Origin: Nitrospinaceae bacterium
Lineage (GTDB): Bacteria; Nitrospinota; Nitrospinia; Nitrospinales; Nitrospinaceae
DNA length: 64,000 nucleotides
Direction: 5' to 3'
Assembly (NCBI GenBank): GCA_028278405.1
Contig: JANQEK010000037.1
Coordinates: 160,662 to 224,661 of the forward strand
Shown in pieces: positions 37,880 through 46,048 of the stretch (its first letter is position 1; each line of letters begins with the position of its first letter). Made by a program: the position numbers and the translations under genes. Under the pieces are notes generated by a model. It did not search any database, was not told where the DNA came from, and saw nothing but the letters and a program-made list of their open reading frames with translations.

Positions 37880-39169
37880 ATGAACCGTTTTCTTAAATCA
37901 GCCATTATCCATTCCTTTCCGTTGCTCCTCCTGTGGATTTTGACCGGTCACGCCTGGGCATTGACGGAAACGGCCCAAAAAATATACGAGCGCAACAGCG
38001 GCTCGGTGTATCAGATACAGATCATCGATATCAGTTCTGGTGAAAAGTCTGTGATCGGCTCCGGTTTCAGTTTTTCAAAAAAAGGACTCTTTGCCACCAA
38101 TTACCATGTAATTTCCGATGTGGTGGACACGCCGGACCGGTACCGCATCGAATACCACAGAGGAAACGAAAAGAAGGGGGAGTTATCGATCGTGGGTCTC
38201 GATGTGGCGCATGATCTCGCAATTTTAAAAGGAGAGGGCAATAATGGACCCTTTCTTTCCCTGGGGTCGTCGAACCGATTGATGGGGGACCGTGTTTATC
38301 CCATGGGTAATCCATTGGATTTGGGGATGACCATTATAGAAGGAACCTTCAACGGCCTGGTCGGATTAAACCCTTATCAACATATTTTACTTTCCGCCCC
38401 GTTAAACCCTGGAATGAGCGGAGGACCGGCATTCGGTTCTTCAGGGAAGGTCATAGGGGTCAATGTTGCGATTGAGGGCAATGATTTGAGCTATCTGGTT
38501 CCCGTGGAATACCTCATTAAACTGGCCGGAAAAAAATTTGATAAGAGCTCAACGGCAAACTGGCGAAAGGTTATTCAGGATCAAATCATAGAACGATATG
38601 ACCGGATCGTCAGCAATGTTCTTAAAGCAGAATTATCCTTAGAAGAGTTTGGTTCCCTCAAGGTCCCTCAAAATATGCTTGCGTCCGCCATTAAGTGTTG
38701 GGGGGACAGTGGCCGCGAGGATCTTAAGGACGATCAGTTGTATTCCTTCGGCCGCAAGCGATGCAGAAGTGAATATGGCGTTTACCTTTCCTCGAAAATG
38801 AATACAGGTTCGATTGAGTATTCATTTGTCTGGATGGAAAGCGAAGCCCTCAATTCCCTGGGGTTCTATAAGATATATTCCAACAGCTTTTCCAAAAGAA
38901 ACTACTATCCGTATGCCACCGAAAAGGAAGTCGCGGAGTTTCGCTGTTCGAGTGATTTCATCAGACTCGCAAACCATGACTGGAAAGCGGCTTATTGTGT
39001 TCGGCCTTATAAAAAATATCCCAAACTGCATGACGTATATCTGAGTTTGGCCGTATTGGGGGAGCCCAAGCGAGGTCACGTTGTTCGAATTGGGCTCGCG
39101 GGCATCAATGAGAAACTTGCCAGACCTTTTCTGAATAAGCTACTGGGAGGCATTCAATGGATCGATTAA
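37880..39169 (+). CDS. Secreted trypsin-like (S1/chymotrypsin fold) serine protease with an uncharacterised Cys-containing C-terminal domain
   Basis: Signal peptide ending HAWA. Catalytic triad contexts are TNYHVISDV (His), AHDLAILK (Asp) and NPGMSGGPAF (Ser). A ~210-aa C-terminal domain with no motif I recognise follows. Confidence 0.75.
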   Translation: MNRFLKSAIIHSFPLLLLWILTGHAWALTETAQKIYERNSGSVYQIQIIDISSGEKSVIGSGFSFSKKGLFATNYHVISDVVDTPDRYRIEYHRGNEKKGELSIVGLDVAHDLAILKGEGNNGPFLSLGSSNRLMGDRVYPMGNPLDLGMTIIEGTFNGLVGLNPYQHILLSAPLNPGMSGGPAFGSSGKVIGVNVAIEGNDLSYLVPVEYLIKLAGKKFDKSSTANWRKVIQDQIIERYDRIVSNVLKAELSLEEFGSLKVPQNMLASAIKCWGDSGREDLKDDQLYSFGRKRCRSEYGVYLSSKMNTGSIEYSFVWMESEALNSLGFYKIYSNSFSKRNYYPYATEKEVAEFRCSSDFIRLANHDWKAAYCVRPYKKYPKLHDVYLSLAVLGEPKRGHVVRIGLAGINEKLARPFLNKLLGGIQWID

Positions 39170-40125
39170 TTGTTGAATTGCTTCACCATCACGGCCATAG
39201 TGTCGAAAAACGGTATGTATTTGAGAATGGCAAGGCAACCATTGGCAGGTCTTATTCCAATGATATTATTTTGGATGACCCTTTCGTGTCTCCGAAGCAC
39301 CTCTCAATTTCCCGAAACGGCGCTGGGATTCGTGTAGAAGATCTGGCGAGTGAGAACGGTACGCGTATCAATGGCGAAACGAACATCCAGGATCAGGGAA
39401 CCAGGGTCGCGTCTGGCGATGAAATTTACATTGGAAAGACAAAGCTGAAATTACTATTGCCCGATCATCCTGTGGAGCCGGCACGGCGTATGGATGCGTT
39501 TCTGGCTTTGCGCCAGTTCCTCGACAAGCGCTCGGTAGCAATTATCTTTACTCTGCTCGTGTCGGCAATCATGGTTTGGGTGGCTTACCTGGAGGGACCC
39601 ACTGAAAAATTTTGGAAGACAGAATTTTTTGAGATCGTTTTAGGTTATTTGATGGTTGTTACTTTCTATGCCGGTCTCATTGGTGGGATCTGTTACTTGA
39701 AACTCCGTAAGACCTGCTTCAAGCGTCATATGGCTGTGTGCAATGCTTTTTCGTTGATTGGGCTGTTTTACGAGACGCTATACCCGTTTTTACTTTTCTG
39801 GGTGTCTCATTCCGGGACCGTAGTTTTCTTGAAATACTCCATCCAGTTCTTTTTTCTACTGGCCATGTTTTGGTCCAGCTTGAAGTTGGCGAACACGACG
39901 ATTAAATGGACGGCAGTGGCAGAGCTTTCCGCTGTTTCTCTCATGTTTGTTCTGTTGATAGGCTGGGGAGCAAAAGATATCCGGTTGGATTTTTCAGGTG
40001 ACCCATCGTATCCTAATCACCTCGCACCCTATCTGAAACCGCTATCCGAACCGCAACCGTTTGAAAATTTTCTCGAAAAATCCGGTCCCAAACTTTACAG
40101 AAGTACTGTGAAAACTGCTGGCTAA
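39157..40125 (+). CDS. FHA domain-containing polytopic membrane protein
   Basis: N-terminal FHA signature GKATIGRSYSNDIILDDPFVSPKHLSI...ENGTRINGE, followed by about 5 hydrophobic helices. The start overlaps the protease gene by 13 nt. Confidence 0.75.
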   Translation: MDRLIVELLHHHGHSVEKRYVFENGKATIGRSYSNDIILDDPFVSPKHLSISRNGAGIRVEDLASENGTRINGETNIQDQGTRVASGDEIYIGKTKLKLLLPDHPVEPARRMDAFLALRQFLDKRSVAIIFTLLVSAIMVWVAYLEGPTEKFWKTEFFEIVLGYLMVVTFYAGLIGGICYLKLRKTCFKRHMAVCNAFSLIGLFYETLYPFLLFWVSHSGTVVFLKYSIQFFFLLAMFWSSLKLANTTIKWTAVAELSAVSLMFVLLIGWGAKDIRLDFSGDPSYPNHLAPYLKPLSEPQPFENFLEKSGPKLYRSTVKTAG

Positions 40126-40130
40126 AGGCA

Positions 40131-40958
40131 CTAGACTTTTCCAACCAAAATATTCGAGACGGTGGAACTTTGGCATTGGGTTCCGATTACAAATTGATTC
40201 ATTCGCGAACGAATGGATGCGGTAAGATCTGCTTGTTGTTCCTCCGGTAGTTCCGCAATTTGAGGAGTCAAAGGTGTAGCCTCCAGAAAGCGGATAGTTT
40301 GATCAATCCCTCCTTCAAAAACCAAAGACAGTGAGAGAGTTTTAACCTCAATATTTTCCAATCCCGCTTCTTGAGCTAAAGTTGTCAACTTTTCAGAGTC
40401 GTGCAGACTGAAAGGCGCTTTCATTATATCTGCAATGTGCGAGGGGATGGTTTCCTGAAGCGCGGCGTGGACTTCTCCCATAATAGGGTTCTGTGACAAG
40501 GATCCCCAAACCGCAACAGCGATACGCCCGCCCGGTCGGGTGGCTCGTGCCATTTCTTTTAAAGCTTCGACCTTCTCCGGAAAAAACTGCAGTCCCTGCT
40601 GGCATACCGTCAAATCGAATGAATTCTTGTTCACTTTTAAAGGATGAGCCGGAGATTCTACATACTCAATCGGTGCGCTGTTGGGAGCTTGCGGTTTGGA
40701 ACGCGCAATATCCAGCATGGGTGGGCTGATGTCGGTTGCGGTTACATCACCCTTTGGACCCACCATTTCCGAGGCCATGCGTGCAACGGTGCCCGGTCCG
40801 CACGCCACGTCCAGTACAGATTCCCCGGAAGACAGTTGGGCTTCCGACAATAAAAGTTTGCTCCACGGTTCAAACATGCGCGGTACCAGCAATTCCTCGT
40901 ACGCCTGCGCTACCGAGTTTCCCGAAGTTTTAAAGTCAAATTTGGAAGGATCGGGCAT
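40131..40958 (-). CDS. Class I SAM-dependent methyltransferase
   Basis: Motif I VLDVACGPGTVARM, motif post-I DVTATDISPPM, and a later PGGRIAVAVW. Confidence 0.8.
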   Translation of the reverse strand: MPDPSKFDFKTSGNSVAQAYEELLVPRMFEPWSKLLLSEAQLSSGESVLDVACGPGTVARMASEMVGPKGDVTATDISPPMLDIARSKPQAPNSAPIEYVESPAHPLKVNKNSFDLTVCQQGLQFFPEKVEALKEMARATRPGGRIAVAVWGSLSQNPIMGEVHAALQETIPSHIADIMKAPFSLHDSEKLTTLAQEAGLENIEVKTLSLSLVFEGGIDQTIRFLEATPLTPQIAELPEEQQADLTASIRSRMNQFVIGTQCQSSTVSNILVGKV

Positions 40959-41073
40959 GGAGGCATCTTAGCAGATAAAGCTGTAGAAGCTATTCAATAT
41001 ATTCCGTAGATAAAACCTGGAACGGCATTACTTTTCAATGAGTTGGAAGTCTAATATTTTAGTTGACACTTAC

Positions 41074-41089
41074 GTTAGCTTAAACTAAC
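41074..41089 (+). promoter_or_regulatory. Inverted repeat GTTAG-N6-CTAAC overlapping a candidate promoter (TTGACA at 41063) just upstream of the ArsR-family gene
   Basis: TTGACA at 41063-41068 is followed 17 nt later by TAACAT. The dyad sits between them, 9 nt from the ATG. This position is typical of autoregulatory operators. Assigned on sequence only. Confidence 0.3.
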
Positions 41090-41097
41090 ATATTGGT

Positions 41098-41409
41098 ATG
41101 TTCGAAACGATACAGGCAATGGCCGAGCCGACTCGGTTCGCTATATTACAAATGGTGCGGCGCCGGGAGATGCCGGCAGGGGAGATTGCCCTGAAGTTTA
41201 AAGCGATCACCCGTCCCGCGGTTTCACAGCATTTGCGCGTTTTGAAAGACGCCGGTCTGGTATCCGAGAGGCGTCAGGGGACTCGCAGATTATACCGTCT
41301 CCGGCCGGAGGGGTTTGGTCCTTTGAAAAACCTGTTGGAGGATTTCTGGGACTCCAAACTGGAACGACTGAAAGCCGCCGCTGAAAAACAGGAAAAGAGG
41401 AGATCATGA
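41098..41409 (+). CDS. ArsR/SmtB-family transcriptional regulator (no cysteines)
   Basis: Winged helix-turn-helix EPTRFAILQMV...GEIALKFKAITRPAVSQHLRVLKDAGLV...GTRRLYRL. The 103-aa product contains no Cys, so the ELCVCDL-type thiolate site is absent. Confidence 0.85.
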   Translation: MFETIQAMAEPTRFAILQMVRRREMPAGEIALKFKAITRPAVSQHLRVLKDAGLVSERRQGTRRLYRLRPEGFGPLKNLLEDFWDSKLERLKAAAEKQEKRRS

Positions 41410-41870
41410 GCGAGACCTATGAGTTAACCCGTGAGATAGTCATTGGAGCGTCGCCGGAGACGGTGTTTTCATTTTTGACCGAAGAAGCCAAGCTGAAGCA
41501 ATGGTTCGGTGAAGTGGTGGAGGCCGACCCACGTCCTGGCGGAGGGTTTCATGTCGGCGAGAGTAATCCCAATGGGAATCATTGCCGTGGAAAATTCGTC
41601 GAAATTGTTCCCAACAAAAAGGTGGTGTTTACCTTTGGCGGAATCGAAAACATAGAGCCGGGTGATTCCACAGTGGAGATCCTTTTAAAGGCTCAGGGCA
41701 AATCGACCCAACTGACATTGCGCCACTACAATATTCGCCTGAAACCGAGTGCCGATTCCTTCGGTCAGGGTTGGAGTGAGCATGCCCTGCCGTTGCTCAA
41801 GGATGCTGCGGAAGGTAAGAAGCCGGATGGCCTGTGCTTTGAATCCGGCAACGAATGTCATAAAGAGTAA
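41406..41870 (+). CDS. SRPBCC superfamily protein (AHSA1/Aha1-like START fold)
   Basis: ATGA overlap with the ArsR gene, a very common ArsR + AHSA1-like pairing. The N-terminus REIVIGASPETVFSFLTEEAKLKQWF is typical of the family. Confidence 0.8.
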   Translation: MSETYELTREIVIGASPETVFSFLTEEAKLKQWFGEVVEADPRPGGGFHVGESNPNGNHCRGKFVEIVPNKKVVFTFGGIENIEPGDSTVEILLKAQGKSTQLTLRHYNIRLKPSADSFGQGWSEHALPLLKDAAEGKKPDGLCFESGNECHKE

Positions 41871-41881
41871 AACGAATGAAA

Positions 41882-41916
41882 AAGCGGCTCTTTCCACTGA
41901 GAGGGCCGCTTTGTTG
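41882..41916 (+). terminator. Possible weak terminator/attenuator between the SRPBCC gene and RND exporter 1
   Basis: Imperfect hairpin AGCGGCTCT...AGAGGGCCGCT is followed by TTGTTG. The stem is bulged and the U tract is poor. Confidence 0.35.
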
Positions 41917-42054
41917 TCCCGCCCCAATTTCTGCTCGCACTTTACTCACAAAATAATGTTACTCTCTTTTAAGCAAAACATTTTTGATTTGAATAGCGTA
42001 TTAAATTAATCTGATACATGCGATCCGGATTCAATGTCAGAAAATGGAGAATAT

Positions 42055-44391
42055 ATGAAAACTGACACATGTTTGGGAGAATGGGTGATCCGCTTCCGCT
42101 GGTGGATCATTCTGGCTACTTTGCTGTTTGTTGCAGCTGCCGCGAGCGGTGGACGTTTTCTGCAGTTTTCCAACAATTATCGTGTGTTCTTCAGCGAAGA
42201 AAACCCTCAACTGCAGGCATTCGATGCCCTGCAAAACAAATACATCAAAAACGATAATGCCATGATCGCTCTTGCTCCCAAAAACGGCAAGGTGTTCACC
42301 CGTGAAACTCTGGTTGCGGTCGAGGAGCTCACTAAGGAGGCTTGGCAGATTCCCTATTCCACCCGGGTGGATTCGGTTACCAACTTTCAATACACCTGGG
42401 CGGATGGTGACGATCTGGTGGTCGAAGATCTGGTGGAGGGTGCGGAAAAATTATCCGACGCGGATCTGCTTCGGGTAAAAAAGATTGCGCTGAAGGAACC
42501 GCTCCTCCTCAATCGGTTGGTCAACCCGGACGCCAGCGTGACCGCTGTGAACGTCACTGTCAACATGCCGGAAAAATCCATTGGAGAAGTGCCGGAAGTG
42601 GTCAGTTTTATCCGTGCCATGATGGAGAAGATCCGTCCCAAATACCCCGATATCGATTTTCGGCTTACGGGTATTGTGTTCATGAACAACTCATTTACCG
42701 AGTCGAGTCAGGGTGATATGAAAACCCTGATTCCTATCATGTATCTTCTGATCATTCTGGTTATGGGAGTGGTTCTGCGCTCTTTTTGGGGAACATTCAC
42801 AGTGGTTTTGATCATCGCGTTTTCCAGTGTTACGGCGATGGGCCTGGGGGGATGGCTGGGTGTTTTACTCACCCCCGTATCGGCGACGGCTCCCACCATC
42901 ATTCTCACTCTGGCAATTGCCGACAGCATTCATATTTTAGTGACTCTGTTTCACGAGATGCGGTTGGGGAAGCCGAAACGTGAGGCTCTCATCGAAGCGT
43001 TGCGCGTCAATCACCAGCCGGTGTTTATTACCAGTATCACCACTACTATCGGTTTTCTCAGCCTGAACTTCAGTGACTCGCCCCCGTTTCAACACCTTGG
43101 AAACTTCGTTGCTATGGGGGTGATGGTGGCTTACGTTTATTCGGTGACGTTTCTGCCGGCCATGATGGCGGTTCTGCCTCTCAGGATCAAACCTCATCCC
43201 GAGGACAAGACGCTGATCATGGACCGGTTCGCGGATTTCGTAATCCAGCATCGTAAGGGTCTTTTTTGGGGCATGTTGACTGTTATGGTGTTGATTATCG
43301 CCCAGATTCCGCGGGTGGAGATCAACGAGAAATTCAATGAATATTTCGACACGCGTTATCAATTCCGACTCGACAATGATTTTGTTATCGACAACCTGAC
43401 AGGATTTGAGGCCATCGAATACTCCCTCGACGCGGGGGAATCGGGAGGTATCAGCAATCCAGAGTATTTGGCCAAAGTGGAAGAGTTCGCTCAATGGTAT
43501 CGGCAGCAACCCGGTGTGATGTATGTGGGTACGCTGACCGACATCATGAAGCGATTAAACAAAAACATGCACGGCGATGACGTGTCCTATTACAAACTCC
43601 CGGATCAGCGCGACCTGTCAGCGCAATATCTACTGCTCTATGAGCTGTCCCTGCCTTTTGGATTGGACCTGAACAACCAGATCAACGTGGCCAAATCCTC
43701 GACCCGGTTTACCGCGATCCTGGAAAGTGTTTCGACCCGTTATGCGTTGGAGTTGGAGGACAAAGCGCAAGCCTGGCTGAAGGAAAACGGACTGCCCAGC
43801 ATGGTGACACACGGCGCCAGCCCTTTGATTATGTTTTCCAATATTGCCAAGCGCAATATGAGGAGCATGACAATCGGGGTTCTATTGGCGCTGTTTCTGA
43901 TTTCGATGATTCTGATCGTTGCCCTGCGCAGTTTCAAATTCGGAGGAGTGAGTATGGTCCCCAACCTGGCGCCGGTATTCATGACATTTGGTATTTGGGG
44001 GATCTTTGTTCAAGAGGTTGGATTGGCCGTGTCCATTGTAGCCCCGGTAGCGCTGGGAATCATTGTCGACGACACCGTACACTTTATGAGCAAATATCTG
44101 CGCGCCCGGCGCGAGCAGGGCAAGAGTCCCGCCGAGGCCGTACGCTATTCGTTCCACACCGTCGGTACGGCGTTGTGGGTAACGTCACTGGTTCTGGTGG
44201 TCGGTTTTTCCGTGCTGGCGTTTTCCGGGTTCAAGATGAACACTCACATGGGCATCATGACCACCATTTCGGTGATCTGCGCTCTGGTAGCGGATTTCCT
44301 GTTTCTTCCACCCTTGCTCATGAAGCTGGAAGGTAAAAGATATGCCGAAGAAAGCACCCTGCAACAGACAGGTGAAACAGGTGCAGCTTGA
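42055..44391 (+). CDS. RND-superfamily exporter, MMPL/HpnN-like (COG1033 type), paralog 1
   Basis: Twelve-TM, two-fold repeated architecture with sterol-sensing-like segments (LAIADSIHILVTLFHE, GIIVDDTVHFMSKYLRARREQGKS). The start at 42055 has GGAGA upstream and gives the same N-terminal length as paralog 2. The ORF opens at 42034. Confidence 0.85.
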   Translation: MKTDTCLGEWVIRFRWWIILATLLFVAAAASGGRFLQFSNNYRVFFSEENPQLQAFDALQNKYIKNDNAMIALAPKNGKVFTRETLVAVEELTKEAWQIPYSTRVDSVTNFQYTWADGDDLVVEDLVEGAEKLSDADLLRVKKIALKEPLLLNRLVNPDASVTAVNVTVNMPEKSIGEVPEVVSFIRAMMEKIRPKYPDIDFRLTGIVFMNNSFTESSQGDMKTLIPIMYLLIILVMGVVLRSFWGTFTVVLIIAFSSVTAMGLGGWLGVLLTPVSATAPTIILTLAIADSIHILVTLFHEMRLGKPKREALIEALRVNHQPVFITSITTTIGFLSLNFSDSPPFQHLGNFVAMGVMVAYVYSVTFLPAMMAVLPLRIKPHPEDKTLIMDRFADFVIQHRKGLFWGMLTVMVLIIAQIPRVEINEKFNEYFDTRYQFRLDNDFVIDNLTGFEAIEYSLDAGESGGISNPEYLAKVEEFAQWYRQQPGVMYVGTLTDIMKRLNKNMHGDDVSYYKLPDQRDLSAQYLLLYELSLPFGLDLNNQINVAKSSTRFTAILESVSTRYALELEDKAQAWLKENGLPSMVTHGASPLIMFSNIAKRNMRSMTIGVLLALFLISMILIVALRSFKFGGVSMVPNLAPVFMTFGIWGIFVQEVGLAVSIVAPVALGIIVDDTVHFMSKYLRARREQGKSPAEAVRYSFHTVGTALWVTSLVLVVGFSVLAFSGFKMNTHMGIMTTISVICALVADFLFLPPLLMKLEGKRYAEESTLQQTGETGAA

Positions 44392-44443
44392 ATTATTCGT
44401 AAACGAAGAGTTTCATTTTCTCATTTTGACGAGGAGTCAAATT

Positions 44444-45229
44444 ATGATGCGTGTGTTGGGAACAGTTGTATTGATCTTATTCGGGTTTACTGTCCCGGTT
44501 TTAGCCGAGACGCCTGAAGCCAAGGGGCTTGCCATTGCTGTGGAAGATGACAAACGCGATAATGGATTTGTCGACTATCAGGCAAGAATGGAAATGATTC
44601 TGAAAAACCGGCACGGAGAAACAAGCACCCGGTATCTCCGCACTAAAAATCTGGAAGTGAAAAACGACGGTGACAAATCACTAGTGGTGTTCGACAGGCC
44701 ACGTGACGTCAAAGGCACGGCACTCCTCAACTTTACCCATAAAACCGGGACCGACGATCAATGGCTGTATCTGCCCGCCTTGAAACGGGTGAAACGCATC
44801 AGCTCGGCCAACAAGTCGGGTTCGTTCATGGGCAGTGAGTTCGCCTACGAGGACGTTACCAGCCAGGAGGTGGAAAAGTACACCTACAAATGGATACGTG
44901 ATGAAACACATGAGGGCCTGGAGTGCTTCGTATTCGAGCGCTATCCGACCTACAAAAACTCCGGGTACACCCGGCAAGTGGTTTGGCTGGATAAAAAGGA
45001 ATACCGCATGCTGAAGATCGATTTTTACGACCGCAAAAACGCCCTGCTCAAAACCCAGACCTTCCGCGGGTATCAACAGTATCTGGGAAAATACTGGTAT
45101 CCGGATGAAATGTTCATGCAGAACCACCAAACCGGGAAAAGCACTTTGTTGAAGTGGGCCGATTATAAATTCAAAGTCGGATTCAGGGGCAGGGATTTCA
45201 ACAAAAACAGCCTCAAGCGCGCCCGCTAG
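44444..45229 (+). CDS. Outer-membrane lipoprotein-sorting (LolA-like) protein, paralog 1
   Basis: GAGGAG SD and signal peptide MMRVLGTVVLILFGFTVPVLA. Conserved block DDQWLYLPALKRVKRISSANKSGSFMGSEFAYEDV is typical of the LolA-like partners of COG1033 exporters. Confidence 0.8.
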   Translation: MMRVLGTVVLILFGFTVPVLAETPEAKGLAIAVEDDKRDNGFVDYQARMEMILKNRHGETSTRYLRTKNLEVKNDGDKSLVVFDRPRDVKGTALLNFTHKTGTDDQWLYLPALKRVKRISSANKSGSFMGSEFAYEDVTSQEVEKYTYKWIRDETHEGLECFVFERYPTYKNSGYTRQVVWLDKKEYRMLKIDFYDRKNALLKTQTFRGYQQYLGKYWYPDEMFMQNHQTGKSTLLKWADYKFKVGFRGRDFNKNSLKRAR

Positions 45230-45358
45230 CCAGCGTGACGCTGGACCCGGCTTTGCTGGAACCTGCCAACTGAGACAAAACAACTCTACATAACCCATTG
45301 TTTTTTAATGCATTTTTTTGATCCAGAGACAAATGTGAAAAATAAATGAAAATGAGGG

Positions 45359-45387
45359 TTGACAGATTTCCCTTTTGGCACTATTTT
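45359..45387 (+). promoter_or_regulatory. Candidate sigma-70 promoter of the TetR-family gene
   Basis: TTGACA (45359-45364), a 17-nt spacer, then TATTTT (45382-45387), about 35 nt upstream of the ATG. Confidence 0.45.
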
Positions 45388-45407
45388 AAGTTAGTCATTT
45401 AACTTAA
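45386..45407 (+). promoter_or_regulatory. Perfect inverted repeat TTAAGTTA-N6-TAACTTAA overlapping the -10 element (candidate TetR operator)
   Basis: The dyad was read directly. Its core TTAGTCATTTAACT recurs as TTAGTTATTTAACT upstream of RND exporter 2. Confidence 0.45.
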
Positions 45408-45421
45408 TTTTAGGTTTGGAT

Positions 45422-45979
45422 ATGGGACGTGTCAGCGACAAAAGAGAGCGACTGGTCGAATCCGCCACCAAGCTGTTTCATCAGGCGGGGCTTAAGGACA
45501 CCTCAATCGCAGATATCGCCGAAGACTCCGGGGTTCCTCTGGGAAATGTTTATTATTATTTTAAAACCAAGGAGGATCTGGTCGCTGCAGTTATTGAGCA
45601 ACGAACAGAAGCTATTAAAAACGAGGCCAGAAAATGGGATGAGAACCCGGATCCCAGACAGCGCCTGTTAAACCTTCTCGATTTGCAAGTAAGCAAAAAA
45701 GACGAAATTGCCCAATACGGTTGCCCTATCGGAAGTATGTGCCAGGAGTTGGATAAAGAAAGGCCTCCTGTTGCCAGCGAGGCTGATGGATTGATGGAAT
45801 GGGTTTTAAAATGGATCACCCGCCAGTTTAAGGAGATGGGGCAAAAGCAGGCAGACCAGTTTGGATTGCAGTTGACGGCCGCTCTGCAAGGGTGTGGCGT
45901 GGTTGCCAATGCCTTGAAGGATCCTAAAATTGTTGAAAGAGAAATAGCTCGATTGAAGACATGGATTAAGGAAATGTAA
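45422..45979 (+). CDS. TetR/AcrR-family transcriptional regulator
   Basis: N-terminal HTH RERLVESATKLFHQAGLKDTSIADIAEDSGVPLGNVYYYFKTKEDL. ATG at 45422; the track uses the TTG at 45416. Confidence 0.85.
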   Translation: MGRVSDKRERLVESATKLFHQAGLKDTSIADIAEDSGVPLGNVYYYFKTKEDLVAAVIEQRTEAIKNEARKWDENPDPRQRLLNLLDLQVSKKDEIAQYGCPIGSMCQELDKERPPVASEADGLMEWVLKWITRQFKEMGQKQADQFGLQLTAALQGCGVVANALKDPKIVEREIARLKTWIKEM

Positions 45980-45997
45980 ATTTTTTTGACTTTAATA

Positions 45998-46013
45998 TTA
46001 GTTATTTAACTAA
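45998..46013 (+). promoter_or_regulatory. Inverted repeat TTAGTTA-TT-TAACTAA upstream of RND exporter 2 (second candidate TetR operator)
   Basis: It lies in the 69-nt gap between the TetR stop and the exporter start, and shares 13 of 14 nt with the motif at 45391-45404. Confidence 0.4.
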
Positions 46014-46048
46014 CAAAATAAAACAAAATTTAATTTGAAGGAGACAAA

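Noticed and set aside
42937-43509. ~190-aa antisense ORFs at equivalent positions in both RND exporter paralogs (42937-43509 and 46778-47347)
   Set aside because: They recur only because the two sense genes are paralogs. The products are His/Arg-rich with no start-site signals, so this is not evidence for antisense coding.
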